Assembly (NCBI GenBank): GCA_951406725.2
Contig: OX597819.1
Span: 38,130,001-38,194,000 of the forward strand
Reading direction: 5' to 3'
DNA: 64,000 nt
Source: Octopus vulgaris
Taxonomy: Eukaryota
Position numbers and translations under genes: made by a program. This document shows, piece by piece, positions 25,061 to 36,829 of this stretch (its first letter is position 1; each line of letters starts with the position of its first letter). The notes beneath the pieces were generated by a model. It worked only from the letters and a program-made list of their open reading frames with translations, was not told the DNA's origin and ran no database searches.

Positions 25061-26069
25061 TATGTACGTAATGAGTTAGGTGAAATAATCCAGAGTGACC
25101 AGTGGCATGAATATGGGCAAAAAATACAAGTAAAGTTATAACAAATACCATACAAAATATTTACTCAATTTATTGAAATTATCTTTCGTTTGGGGAAAAA
25201 AAAAACAAATAAGGAGAGATAACCTCAAGACTCAAGAATTCTGCAAAACTGATATGTGACAAAAGAAAATTGACAAGAGGACAATTGTGGACATGTTTCT
25301 GACTCAACTGGTTTCATCATTAGCTTAGCAAGTATCCTGCTTTGATTCAAGCAAACAAGTGAGACAAAAACATAAATAATTTTGGGTATTAGGATATTTT
25401 GCATAATTTAAAGGAAAATGTGCAAAGAGAATTAAATCAGAGTGACCAGTGACATGATTATGGAAAATGAGCAATAAATGTATCTCAATACCTTCTGCTG
25501 TGCTACGGAGGAACTGCTTATAAATCCACTATTACTAAAGTTCTGAGTAAATTGGATTAGCAAATCGCATTTATGATGCAGTATTGGCCATTTGTAATTG
25601 TAGATTCATAAGCAGTATCTCCAATAAGAGAGTATTCAATTACTAATGAAATCTCAAAACAGAACTGAAACTGCTTTAGTTGATCCTCTCTTTTTCCTGT
25701 CCATGAAGATATTATATATAATTCTTTTTACTATAGACACAGGGCTTGAAATTTGGGAATTGGGTGTAATCTGATCAATTATGTCACCCTCAATGACAAT
25801 GAAAGATCAGACAACTTTCAGGAAGTGTGCTGTCTCTGTATCACTATGCTGCACTTGATTATTTATAATAATTGTCTCTAAATTAGGCGATAATTTTGAG
25901 GGGAAGGAGTTAGTCAATTAAATCAGCCTCTGTGCATGAATGGAACCTTTTTCTTATTGGTCCCCTGAGTGATGAAAGGCAAAGTAGATCTTAGCGGGAT
26001 TTGAACTCAGAATGTAAAACATTGAAACAAGTACTGCAAGGCTTTAACAACTCAGCCAATTCAATACCT

Positions 26070-26104
26070 TACTGCAGCTACTGCTACTGCTGTTATTGTT
26101 GCTA

Positions 26105-26137
<33 letters not shown>

Positions 26138-26240
26138 TTGTTGTTGTTGTTGTTGCTGCTGCTGCTGCTGCTGCTGTTGTTGTTGTTATTGCTGCTGCTG
26201 CCTCCACTGTCGCTGCTGCTGCTGTTGCTACTGCTGATGA
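26070..26240. repeat. (TGC/TGT)n trinucleotide microsatellite
   Basis: Read directly. Confidence 0.95.
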
Positions 26241-28755
26241 TGTTGAAGAACTAGATGGTCTTTTTCTTTTCCATCCTATGTTTGTTAAGATCAGAATATC
26301 ATTTTCAGGCTACAAACAGATACTTTGTCACCAAAGTTAACCCTTTTGTGTGACTTCTAATTGGTATGGCATCATTCATAACTGTGTTTTAAACTTACTT
26401 CAGTGAACTACAACATTAGATACAATTATCAGTCATTTGCTTGATAAATTCTTTTTCAGTCTCATTTGAAAGATATATCTTTCTTTATTTTGTCTGTCAA
26501 AGTAAGTAGACCATTAGAGTGTTAAAGTTTTATTTCAATATACTGAAGATAGTTCTTGTAACTGAAAAGCAATACATGACATTTTAGCTTTGAAACCAAC
26601 ACTTTACCTTAACCCATAACATCAAGTGTTTTGCGTAAAGTAATTTGGCCTATATCACCTGTACCTATTTTTCAATTTTCACTGGTGTGAAATTTTCAGA
26701 GGAAATTGTCATTTTTATTTCCCATTGAAATATAATGCTGTTTATTATGAATTAAAAATACCTCATTCTTTTCTTTTTTTGTTTATTCTGTCTATTTTCT
26801 CAAGAGAACATTGGAAAATGTTCTTTGTATTGATTCAATTCAATTCTTCGGCAGGTATTTCAGTTTTGACAGTAATTGTTATAATCTTCACATAGAACAG
26901 TTAACCATTATTTCTTGGTCAGCCAAAAAAAAAAAATCAATAAAGTAAGTGTTATGCTATGATTGTGATATAGTATATCACAATTGGCGGCTATTGTTAC
27001 TGAAGCAATCTTAATGTTATATTTGATTCTAAAATTTACTGAAATCTGTTTAATGTGGGAACATAGAGTTACCAGAGAAAATATGGAAATATATTTCATT
27101 CGAATAAACTTGAGATTTAGTTTCAGTTTTAGATACATCTAAAAGGCAATATGTTCCACTCAAAAATAGAAGGAAAAAGGAAAGAAAAATTTATTTACTT
27201 TCTGTAATAATATAAAGGAAGTAATGTTTCTTAATATAGATATGTAGCTTCAGGGTAACAAAGTGAAGTACACTGACATTACAACATGCAACAGAATGCA
27301 AACCTAAAATAGAAAAGAAACTGAATTCTAGAACATTTATTAAAATAAATTATATTGAATCAAGCTTGTCTAACACATTTTATGTGTCCATTAAGTTAAA
27401 ATGTTCACCCTTATCTTTGTCCTTCCCTAGAAGAATGCATAAGAAGCATCAGTTGTCATAATCAATCTGTTCAACTACTGCTTCAGAACAGTTTTTCAGC
27501 TTTGTTGCATTGTTGAGTGTTAAGATAGGTCAATGAGATTTGTTTTTAACATTTCAGTGCTATTTTGAATTTTAGTACAAGCTGTAACTATAAAAGGTTT
27601 TCTTTCATATCCATTACAATCTCTTTGCTTTTACTTTAAAATAATGACTTTTAACTTCCTTCTTTTTTTTTCCTTTTTACTATTCTTGAACATTATAACT
27701 TTGGACCAGTATATATAATTGACCAGTTTCTATAAGAACAATGTGTAAGAAGTTTATGATAAAGTGTAAAAGCTTAATATTGGTTTCAAATTTTGACACT
27801 AGGCCAGCAATTTCATTGACCTCAATACTCAACTGGTACTTATTTTATCGACCCGGAAAGGACTCCACAGATATGTGTACTCAGCCTCAGTGGAATTTAA
27901 ACTCCAAATGTAAAACCAGATGAAATGTTGCATTTTATCCAGTGTGGTAGTGATTCTGCTAGCTTGCCACCTTAATGAATTGCAGAAGCTAAATTTAAGG
28001 ATTTTCTGAGAGAGGTTGGATATTTTCAATCTTGTTCAAATATACTAATCAGTTGTAGGGGGGGGGGGCAGTTAAAATGAAATGATTTTAAAGATTAATC
28101 TCACATTTTTTCTAATATTGATTTCTTACATAGTTACAAAATAAATCTTCTTGGCTAGAGAGAAGAGAGGAGAGGAAAATAAGGGCATGCAATGCCAAAA
28201 CTATTCCCAAGGGTATTAAAAACACAAATAAAGTGAAATAGCTACAAATGAGACACTAAATTAAATCATGATATGGTTTGTTGGGTGATGACTTTTACTC
28301 TATGGCATGCTCAATACAATTTAATCTGGAGTGCACAAACTAATTGGGAAGACATGTGGTTCATTGACCTACTAGAGATAGCAGCCAAATCTCCTTGAAA
28401 TCATAACCTGTAACTTTAAAAAGGAATAACATTTGATATTGTACTCTCAGGTGCACTATATCTGTAAAAAAAAAGAAGGATTAGTTATGGCTAGAGAAAA
28501 CTTTAATTATAGGTTTGCTTGACCTGATTTGAATGGAATATCGTTTCTCATATGGGGCAAAGCTGGGAGGAAATAGGGTCAATATACACTATAACAGCTT
28601 TATATTATCAATAAAAAAAGGAAGTTGTGAGAAAAACTCATTCACATGATACAGGTCATTTGTATGAATTTAAAAAAAGATGCATCGCTCATCAAAGATA
28701 AGTTGTATTTGAAAACAAGTTAGTACAAATAATCTTGAGAATCCTTTTATCACAC

Positions 28756-29060
28756 CTATTCAATGAATCCACCATTAGCATCAATGGTTATTTCAGTATG
28801 GGGTTGGAAGCACTGGCATGATAAAGTTGGATGATCTTTATCAATTTTGGACATAATGCTGGTTATGGAAGAAATTGAGAAGTTGTATGATGATATGGAG
28901 GTATTGATTGGCTGTCTCTTGATTATTCTCTACACATAACAGTCCAGTGGACTGAGGTCTGGTAAGATAAAAGGCTATGAGTTTGAGGGAACATGATCAT
29001 GGAGATTGGCAAACATCCATGCAAGAGCATTGCCTAGTATAGCAAAAGCAACCTTGAACT
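28756..29060 (-). mobile_element. Tc1/mariner-superfamily transposase C-terminal relic
   Basis: Minus strand LHDHVPSNS*PFILPDLSPLDCYV*RIIK...CQCFQPHTEITIDANGGFIE*, matching the WPPNSPDLNPLDY...GGFIE pattern. Confidence 0.75.
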
Positions 29061-29213
29061 TTCTTTTGCTAACTCCAGCTAGAAATGAAAGGATTTCTTC
29101 ACAGCCTCAGACTAACTCTTTCGGGCATCTTGGGCCATATTAGTCATTACTAAGGTCATTCCCTACCAGCAGTGTCTGGAAGTCTACATTCAAATGTTCT
29201 CCTGTTTAATAAA

Positions 29214-29720
29214 TCTCTTATTATAAAAGGCAGATTTTATCTGCCTCCCTTTGTCACTTATAGAAATCTACAATATAGGATTTCTTCAATTACAATTTAC
29301 CTAGCATTTTTAAGAGTAGAATGCATCGTGTCATGCCAGGTCCAGTTTTTAAAATTTAAACTCCAATTAAGCAAAATTTACAGAAAACTCACATTCTGGA
29401 GTGTATGTCAAATGCTTTTCTTAGTCTGGTTTACAGCACACGCAAACGCACACACACAGTGTGCAACGAATAAAGTGAAACTAATTCACTGTGAGTGTGT
29501 TGACAGGTAGACAATAGAATGCGATGGCGATGGCGATGTAATATTTGTTTCTGTCTATCACGCTGATAGATACATGAGTAAAATGTATGGCAAGCTAAGA
29601 GATAAGAGTGAGTGAAAATGTTCTTGGAAGAGAGTAAATAGCGACAGAGTGATTTGAGGAAGACTAAACTGAAAGTATGAAACAGTGTTTATGTATAAAC
29701 AGACGACACTTATATATAGT
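29214..29720 (+). mobile_element. probable Helitron 5' fragment
   Basis: A|TCTCTTATTATAAAAGGCAG start resembles the other Helitron 5' ends here; no 3' CTAG found. Confidence 0.4.
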
Positions 29721-29747
29721 TATTAATAAATGTATGCATCTGTTTAA

Positions 29748-30805
29748 CCCTTTCGTTACCAAACCGCCCGAATTTACCTATTCATATTTAAATGAGAATA
29801 TCAGAGTAAATCTCTTTAGTACATTCATGAAAACACGTATTATACTTCGTAAACACTTCAAATACAGTTTTGTACAAAAATCGAAGTGTAATTTTAATTC
29901 CGTGAATTATGGGAGATTTTTTTCTGAAATTTGTTCCTATTGTGTTTTCAAAATTTGTAATTCTGACAAAAAATGGATACGAATTTCATTATATCAAGCA
30001 GCGAGTCAGAATTCGAAGGATTTTCTACTGAAGACCTTCATAAATCTAACTCTATGACTGAAAAAAAAAGCATCTTTATATAAGAGTGAAGTTGTGTGTC
30101 TGTCTCCTACGATTTAGATTCGTAACTACTCCCACATTTTGCGGTGCAGTTTAACCAAAAGCGGGTATCTTATAGTCGTGATTCATATCGAGCCCTTCTG
30201 GGTATTAGCGCGCGTCTACGATGAGTCAACGATTTAAAAAATTTACCATCATATTTTTCCATTTTAATGCATTTTTTTCGCTTTTATATAAGGGAAGTAA
30301 CTCTCTAAAAATATCTACGATGTGTCAACGATTTAAAAAAAAAATTTACCTTAATTTTTTTTCAATTTTTAATGCCTTTTTTTGCTATTTTTTTGGCTAT
30401 AACTCTCTAAAAATGCTTATATAGTTATTTCCCTTACAACCCGAGCAACGCCGGGCGATACTGCTAGTCTTATAATAAAATATACGTCTATTTTCTTGTT
30501 CATTCATCAAGTGTGCATAACATGCAGCCCAACATACGCAAAACAATAACAGCATACTCATGATGACCTCACACAAGAGCAACAACCTTTTAATACCAAT
30601 CCTCCTGAAACCATCCTTGGTTCTATGATACAAACATACTATTTCAAAGTAATTTTAGTTAAAACTGTCTACCAAAATTTCAAGTTAATCTTTGTTCCAA
30701 ATACCAATTTAATAATGAGGTTATTTTTGTAAATTTTTCATTATTTTCTAAAAATTAATTGAAACACAGGTAGTATATTTCAACAGAAATATGGTAATGA
30801 AAGAG
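29748..30805. mobile_element. piggyBac-type non-autonomous element hosting a nested Helitron
   Basis: TTAA|CCCTTTCGTTACC ... GGTAATGAAAGAG|TTGA (imperfect TIR and TTAA). Confidence 0.55.
30073..30467 (+). mobile_element. complete non-autonomous Helitron (395 bp)
   Basis: A|TCTTTATATAAG ... CCCGAGCAACGCCGGG hairpin, then CTAG|T; inserted in an AT dinucleotide. Confidence 0.92.
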
Positions 30806-32163
30806 TTGAATAGGTGAAATAGTCAGAAATAGAAGCATAAATCTGGCATTTAAGACAAAGTTTAGTAACTGAGCCTAGGCTAGATTTATGGTTAGGAAGC
30901 CTAATAGTGGAGGGAACAATGCTTAGACATTGCTAGACTTGCCACACTCAAAAGTTATAAGAATTTGAACCTGGAGCTAGAAAAAGTAGCAAGAAATGAC
31001 AAAAAGTAGTGAGATACCTACAAATTTCCTAGCAGTGCTGGTTTTAGTGTAAGCTCATTTGGGATTCAATGTCACATGACACCAACAGTAAACAATAAAA
31101 TGTAGTCCTTTAGGGTTTTTATTAATATTCTTTTTCTTGTGATAGGAAAAAACAAATATATATTATAAATATAACTCAAAGCTAGAGCATAGATAACAGA
31201 ATCAGTCAACTTAAGAGAATAAATAGCTGAGTCAACTGTATGATGGTGTGAAACATAGATGCCACTGTGACATGCAGAATGGTCTAAGAGTAGGTTAAAA
31301 GGCATCTCAGGACTGTGATAAGTGTTGATAAATGTTCTAAAATTTTTTGGAGTTTGTCTTTGGAGAAATTGCTTGTGAAAATGTGAGGACGAAATTATGA
31401 GTAAAATTGAGACTCACAACAAAGTCATGAGACTTGGCATGTCTGCATTGTGAACCCAGATCTATCACTATCTGTACAAGAGGAGCAATTATACTTACTT
31501 GAACAATCATTTTGAACCAATTGGTATGAAAATATAAAAGAACAACAACAACAACCCTAAATGAATAACAAGTGAACAAAATGTTGTGAACCATAAGTAA
31601 AATAAAAATAAAGTATTATATGACTTTCATGAATACATTATTATTCAAGAGGAGAGAAGAGAGGGAACTTACACTTGTATTTGGCAAATGCAGAATTACA
31701 AATATAAGATAGTTTATGCCAAAGTCTATTAATGGTTTCCTTTGGCTGTTATTGCCTGTAGATTAAAAAAAAAAGTGTTGGCAATGTCCCCAAATTATTG
31801 TTGGTGTATAATTTGACCTAAAGTGTGATGTTATATATTTCAACTAACAAATATGTTATAATTATTTGTGAATTCCTTTGGGCAAGAAATTTATAACACA
31901 TTTTTATCTTCCTTTTCAGAGCATATTAATTTCTTTATTCTAAAAATAATATCATGGTGGGTGATTTCATACATACCAACTCCCAGTCCCACCATGCCAG
32001 CTTCGATTCCCACTCTGCTTTACCATTACCACCTGGTCCTTGAATATCTTGAACAGAGACCACTCTATTGTAAACATTTGAGTGGCAAATCCAGTCTGAG
32101 GACAGCTTCCTCTCATCTGCTCATTAGTACTGGTAGTCTTTAGAAAGAGAGGGTTTGGGATTT

Positions 32164-32295
32164 CAATTGACGGATATTCATCCTCATCTTGTTTGTTGTT
32201 AACACAACGTTTTGGCTAATATACCCTCCAGCCGTCATCAGGTGTCTTGGGGGAAATTTCAAACCTGGGTTCTCATTCCTAAGGGATTTTTCGAC

Positions 32296-32341
<46 letters not shown>

Positions 32342-32470
32342 TCACTGTCTGGAATCGAACTCAGAATCTTGGGATTAACCACTACACCATATGCCTGTGG
32401 GCATGGCGGCATAGTTGTTAAGAGCATGGGCTACTAACCGCAAGATTTCGAGTTCGATTCCAGGCAGTGA

Positions 32471-32558
<88 letters not shown>

Positions 32559-32577
32559 AGTAATAATAATAATGATA

Positions 32578-32618
<41 letters not shown>

Positions 32619-32767
32619 AATAACAACAACAGCAGCATTAAAAAATACCTTAGGAATGAGAACCTAGGTCCGAAATTTCCCCAAGACACCTGATGAAGGC
32701 TGGTGAGTATATCAGCCGAAACATTGTGTTAACAACAAACAAGATGAGGACAAATATCTGTCAATTG
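32164..32767. mobile_element. head-to-head inverted pair of [tRNA-like head - (AAT)n - HHR tail] units
   Basis: Central tRNA-like heads (A box TGGTGTAGTGG on minus; B box GAGTTCGATTCC on both strands), microsatellite spacers, ~130-bp homologous tails each with an HHR motif. Confidence 0.85.
32685..32730 (+). ncRNA. minimal hammerhead motif (mirror copy at 32201-32246, minus)
   Basis: gacac CTGATGA a ggctg gtgagtatat cagcc GAAAC ATT gtgtt. The mirror copy reads CTGATGA c ggctg..tagcc AAAAC GTT gtgtt, giving a consensus GAAACGTT with palindrome AACGTT. Confidence 0.75.
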
Positions 32768-33685
32768 TAAATAATGTAAATAATGTACATAATTCCTCAT
32801 CTCTTAAATATAGAACTGTACCAGAAATATTAATTAACACTGACAACTATGTTAATATAGAGATGGTGCCTTATCCAAACCAACATAGTTGACAACTCGT
32901 TCTTGTCTGTACATTCGAAGTAACTGGCATCTGAGCTGCTCATAAGGTTTTGATCTGCTTCTGCTACACGATGAGTTGACTGAAGCATAGCTACTCCACA
33001 ACAGTAGCAACTATAATGACAGCAAGAAAATCAAAAACAATAGAAGTAAATATACAGTGTTGCAGAAATATTTAACCAATTCCTAGAAATAGAAAAGTAA
33101 ATTAAAAAAGATCTATTGAATAGAATTTTTTTTTCTTATAAATTCTTTGACTGAATTTATTCTGTTTCATTTATAAAAATCTAACTATTTTGACAAGAAT
33201 TTATTTTATTATTTTTTTTTAACTCTATTCACATTGTTATTCAATTGCTTCTATTCCTGGAAACACTAAATTTTGTAAAATGTAAAAGAAAAAGAAATTG
33301 CAGAAATTTCAGTTAAAATTACATTTATTATCACAACGTTGAAGTTGCATTAGTCTTTGTTTATTTGTTGCTATTGTTATTGTTCATTCATTCATTCATT
33401 CATTTTATGTCTGTTTTTCCATCCTAGCATGGGTTAGGTGAATATTTTATAGAATTCATGAATGGCAATCAGTAAAATGTTCTTAGACTATGTTGTAAAG
33501 TGGTTGGTGATATGAAGGACATCCAGTTGTAAAAACAATTTCAAAACGAAGAAATGGCAGAAATGTGTACCCTTTAAACCACAATAAACACAACTTGCTT
33601 AGAAGAGCGAAGACTTCATTTGTTTTCGTTTTTTTTCTTGTCATTTTCGGTTCTTTTACAGCTAGTATACATTGAATGGGTACTT

Positions 33686-34020
33686 CATCATCATCATCAT
33701 CATAATCATTTAACGTCCGCTTTCCATGCTAGCATGGGGACGTGTGACTGAGGACTGGCAAACCAGATGGCTGCACCAGGCTTCAATCTTGATCTGGCAG
33801 AGTTTCTATGGCTGGATGCCCTTCCTAACGCCAACCACTCCGAGAGTGTAGTGGGTGCTTTTACGTGCCACTGGCACGGGGCCAGTCAGGCGGCAATGGC
33901 AATGACCTCGCTTGAATATTTTATACATGCCACCGGCGCGGGTGCCAGCAAGGCGATGCTGGTAACGATCACACTTGAATGGTGTTTTTTACGTGCCACC
34001 AGCACGGAGGCCAGATAGCG
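33686..34020 (-). mobile_element. family E SINE / LINE-tail element
   Basis: Homologous to 7541-7935, 41657-41835 and 56725-56915. Confidence 0.75.
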
Positions 34021-34656
34021 GAGTGATATCTTTATGGCTACAAGTAAGGTTTTTTTTTTATTTCACTTCTTCAAGATGACAGAGCTATGGAATGTAATGT
34101 TTACTGGGAGTGCAAACATAACACTATTTTCTCACTGATGTGAAAAGTAAATGACAATTTCTCTCTTTCTCTCTTACACACACACACACACACAGAGGTT
34201 TCAAAAACTTAACTAATACATAAAAGAAAGAAAACTCACTAGCAAACACAGATGTGTATGCCCACACCCCCTGCAAATGTTTTATAGATAGTATCACTAC
34301 ACAAATTCCATTTCCACAAGAACAACCTTAAGGACACACAACCATTACCCACAAACTTTTCCAGTGGTGATGCTGAATCCCTGTGTGATATCTATTGGTA
34401 AGACTGGTTTAATGGATATATAATACTGTACACTTCAGATTAGAATATATATATATATATATATATATAAATGGATGAATGAATTATCCTTTGTTTACCG
34501 TTAACATGGAAAATTCAATAAACAGTTACCAGGGTAGCAAAATTGATGCAAGTAACACGGATGAAGTGAGAAGGTAGAAACTCCGGGTTAATGTGCAGTA
34601 ATTTGTGTAGTATAAGTAAATAAATGGAGTTGAACGATGTTATTAAAATCCTTTTA

Positions 34657-34739
34657 CTTTCGACATATGTTTCGAAGACAACATTGGTTTTATTCCAAAG
34701 GAATAAACGGTGTAAAATGCAATCTTCTCATCAGGAAAG
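34657..34739 (-). ncRNA. type-I minimal hammerhead ribozyme, canonical core (inside a ~360-bp insert 34470-34832 between (TA)n)
   Basis: Minus strand: ctttc CTGATGA gaaga...tcttc GAAAC ATAT GTC gaaag. G10.1-C11.1 pair, GUC triplet, palindromic ACATATGT. Confidence 0.9.
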
Positions 34740-34842
34740 AAAGAGAGCCTATCTCAACAACAAGACATTATAACAATTATGATGACTACCCAAATGATAA
34801 ACAGAACATTATTAAGTATTTAAAAAAAAACGTTATATATAT

Positions 34843-35134
34843 ATATCAAAACAGGAGATTGGAAAAAATTTTGGTACTATTTACTCAACATTACACATGT
34901 TTCATTTGCTGAAAAGAGTTACAAAATTGTACATGTAGAAGAAATATGTAAGACATCGCCTATTAAAGATTCTTCAGGCATTATCATATTATTTGATTGT
35001 CTGTCTGAAGAACTTTTAATAGATACATGTTTCTCCTACATGTACAATTTTGTAACTCCCATTAGCAAATGAAATACTTGTAATGGTGAATAAGCAATAC
35101 AAAAAGAATTTTTTCCAGTCTCGTGTTTTGATAT
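34843..35134. mobile_element. older fold-back element (~135-bp arms) with degenerate HHR-like words
   Basis: atatcaaaacaggagattggaaaaaatt... / ...aattttttccagtctcgtgttttgatat; CTGAAGA and GAAACATGT remnants. Confidence 0.8.
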
Positions 35135-35944
35135 GTAATTACACTGCAAATAATATTTTCCAGTAATTTTGACTCTTATGCATGCCTCACACAAATATGA
35201 CATCTAAGTATTACTTTGGAGTACTGGAATAAGCAGATGTGTTTCAAGAGGACACAAATTGGTTTATAACTCTATCTACAATATATATATAATAAAGATC
35301 ATCGGCATGATAAAATGCACCCAGGCCATGTTGTAAAAACAATGACCAAAAACATGACATACATATACATGCATGCATACATGACGACGATGATGATGAT
35401 GGCAATGGCTGTCCACTCATGACTGAAGAAGACCATCACTGATCATTGCCCATGCAAAATGCCAGTAATGCCCATGCATGAGGTTATTGTATCAGCAATA
35501 AGCATTACCTGGATGTGTATCTATAGTCTCCTTGCTTGCCATGGTGCCCTCCCACTCATTCAAGTATTGGATAGTTGCTTTGCTCAACCTAGTATTTTAG
35601 GTCTGATAAGTCTTGCATAGCACTTCATGAAACCTACTTCTCTCTACTGACATGATTCAGAGACAAGCCAGGACAAAATACCCAGTACTAATATGGGTCA
35701 CAGGTTCAAGAATGTGTGGGTGTCATAATCTCAAGTGCAAGCAAAAGATCCCCTATGCCATTCCCTGCTTTTCTGGTTTTATATCAGAGTGACCCTCTTT
35801 CAGAAACATGCTTTAGCAAAAGTAAAGAGTGAGGCACATACATACATACATACATACATACATACATACACATATATACATACATACATATATACATACA
35901 TACATACATACATACATACATACATACATACATACATACATACA

Positions 35945-35978
<34 letters not shown>

Positions 35979-35995
35979 CATATATACATACATAC

Positions 35996-36740
35996 TGTTG
36001 TGGAGGACACGCCTAAGCAAGAGGTGGGCCATTCCACTTTCGATAAATAGTGGACAGACACAGCAAGCAGAGTCAGTTGGTGAAATACACCGTATGGGCC
36101 AGTCATGCAGATGATGAAGTTACATCACCATAATGCAGGACATATCAGTAGTGATGAGGAGTTGAACTACATGCAGTGGCAGATAAGACACAACACAGAC
36201 AGACCATGTAAGAAGACACAACAACCACACACTGAAAAATATTAAAAGTCCCGAAGTAGGATTTGAATTACGCACAGTGAAAAATTTGAAGAAGGATTTG
36301 AATCAGATCATTATATGTTAGTAGTGCTACTGGTAAACAATATAGGCTGGTACTACCTGTGGCATTCTGAAGAGGAAAATAATTATGTGAGGAAGAAAAA
36401 ATAATAAGAATAATAAGTCTGTGTGAAGGATTTTTGTCAGATTGCCATATGTGTTAGTAGCACTACCAGTAAGATCGCCTTATATGTTAGTAGCACTACA
36501 GGTAAACAATGTAGACTGGTACTACCTGTGGCATTCTGGCAAGAAAAATAATTCTGTATAGACAAAAAAAAATCTCAAAGGTGAGAGGTGTTATGGCAGA
36601 CATCTCGAAGTGAGAAGTGGGCTGTTCCACTCCTGATAAATAGTGGACAGGCACAGCAAGCATGGTCAGAAACCAAGGTATGCTGTATGGGCCAGTCACA
36701 CAGAAGACAAAGTTACTTCATTATAATGCGAGACATATCA
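35996..36740 (+). mobile_element. TRIM-like miniature LTR retroelement
   Basis: Two 152-bp TG...CA direct repeats (35996-36147, 36589-36740). PBS-like tagtgatgagga after LTR1, PPT aaaggtgagagg before LTR2, catac on both flanks. Confidence 0.8.
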
Positions 36741-36829
36741 CATACATACACATACATACATACATACATACATACATACGTACATACATACATACATACA
36801 TATGTATGTACGTACGTGTGTACGTACAT

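Noticed and set aside
26001-26237. Poly-cysteine ORF (metallothionein- or keratin-associated-like)
   Set aside because: It is a (TGC/TGT)n microsatellite following a SINE fragment, with no real start or gene context.
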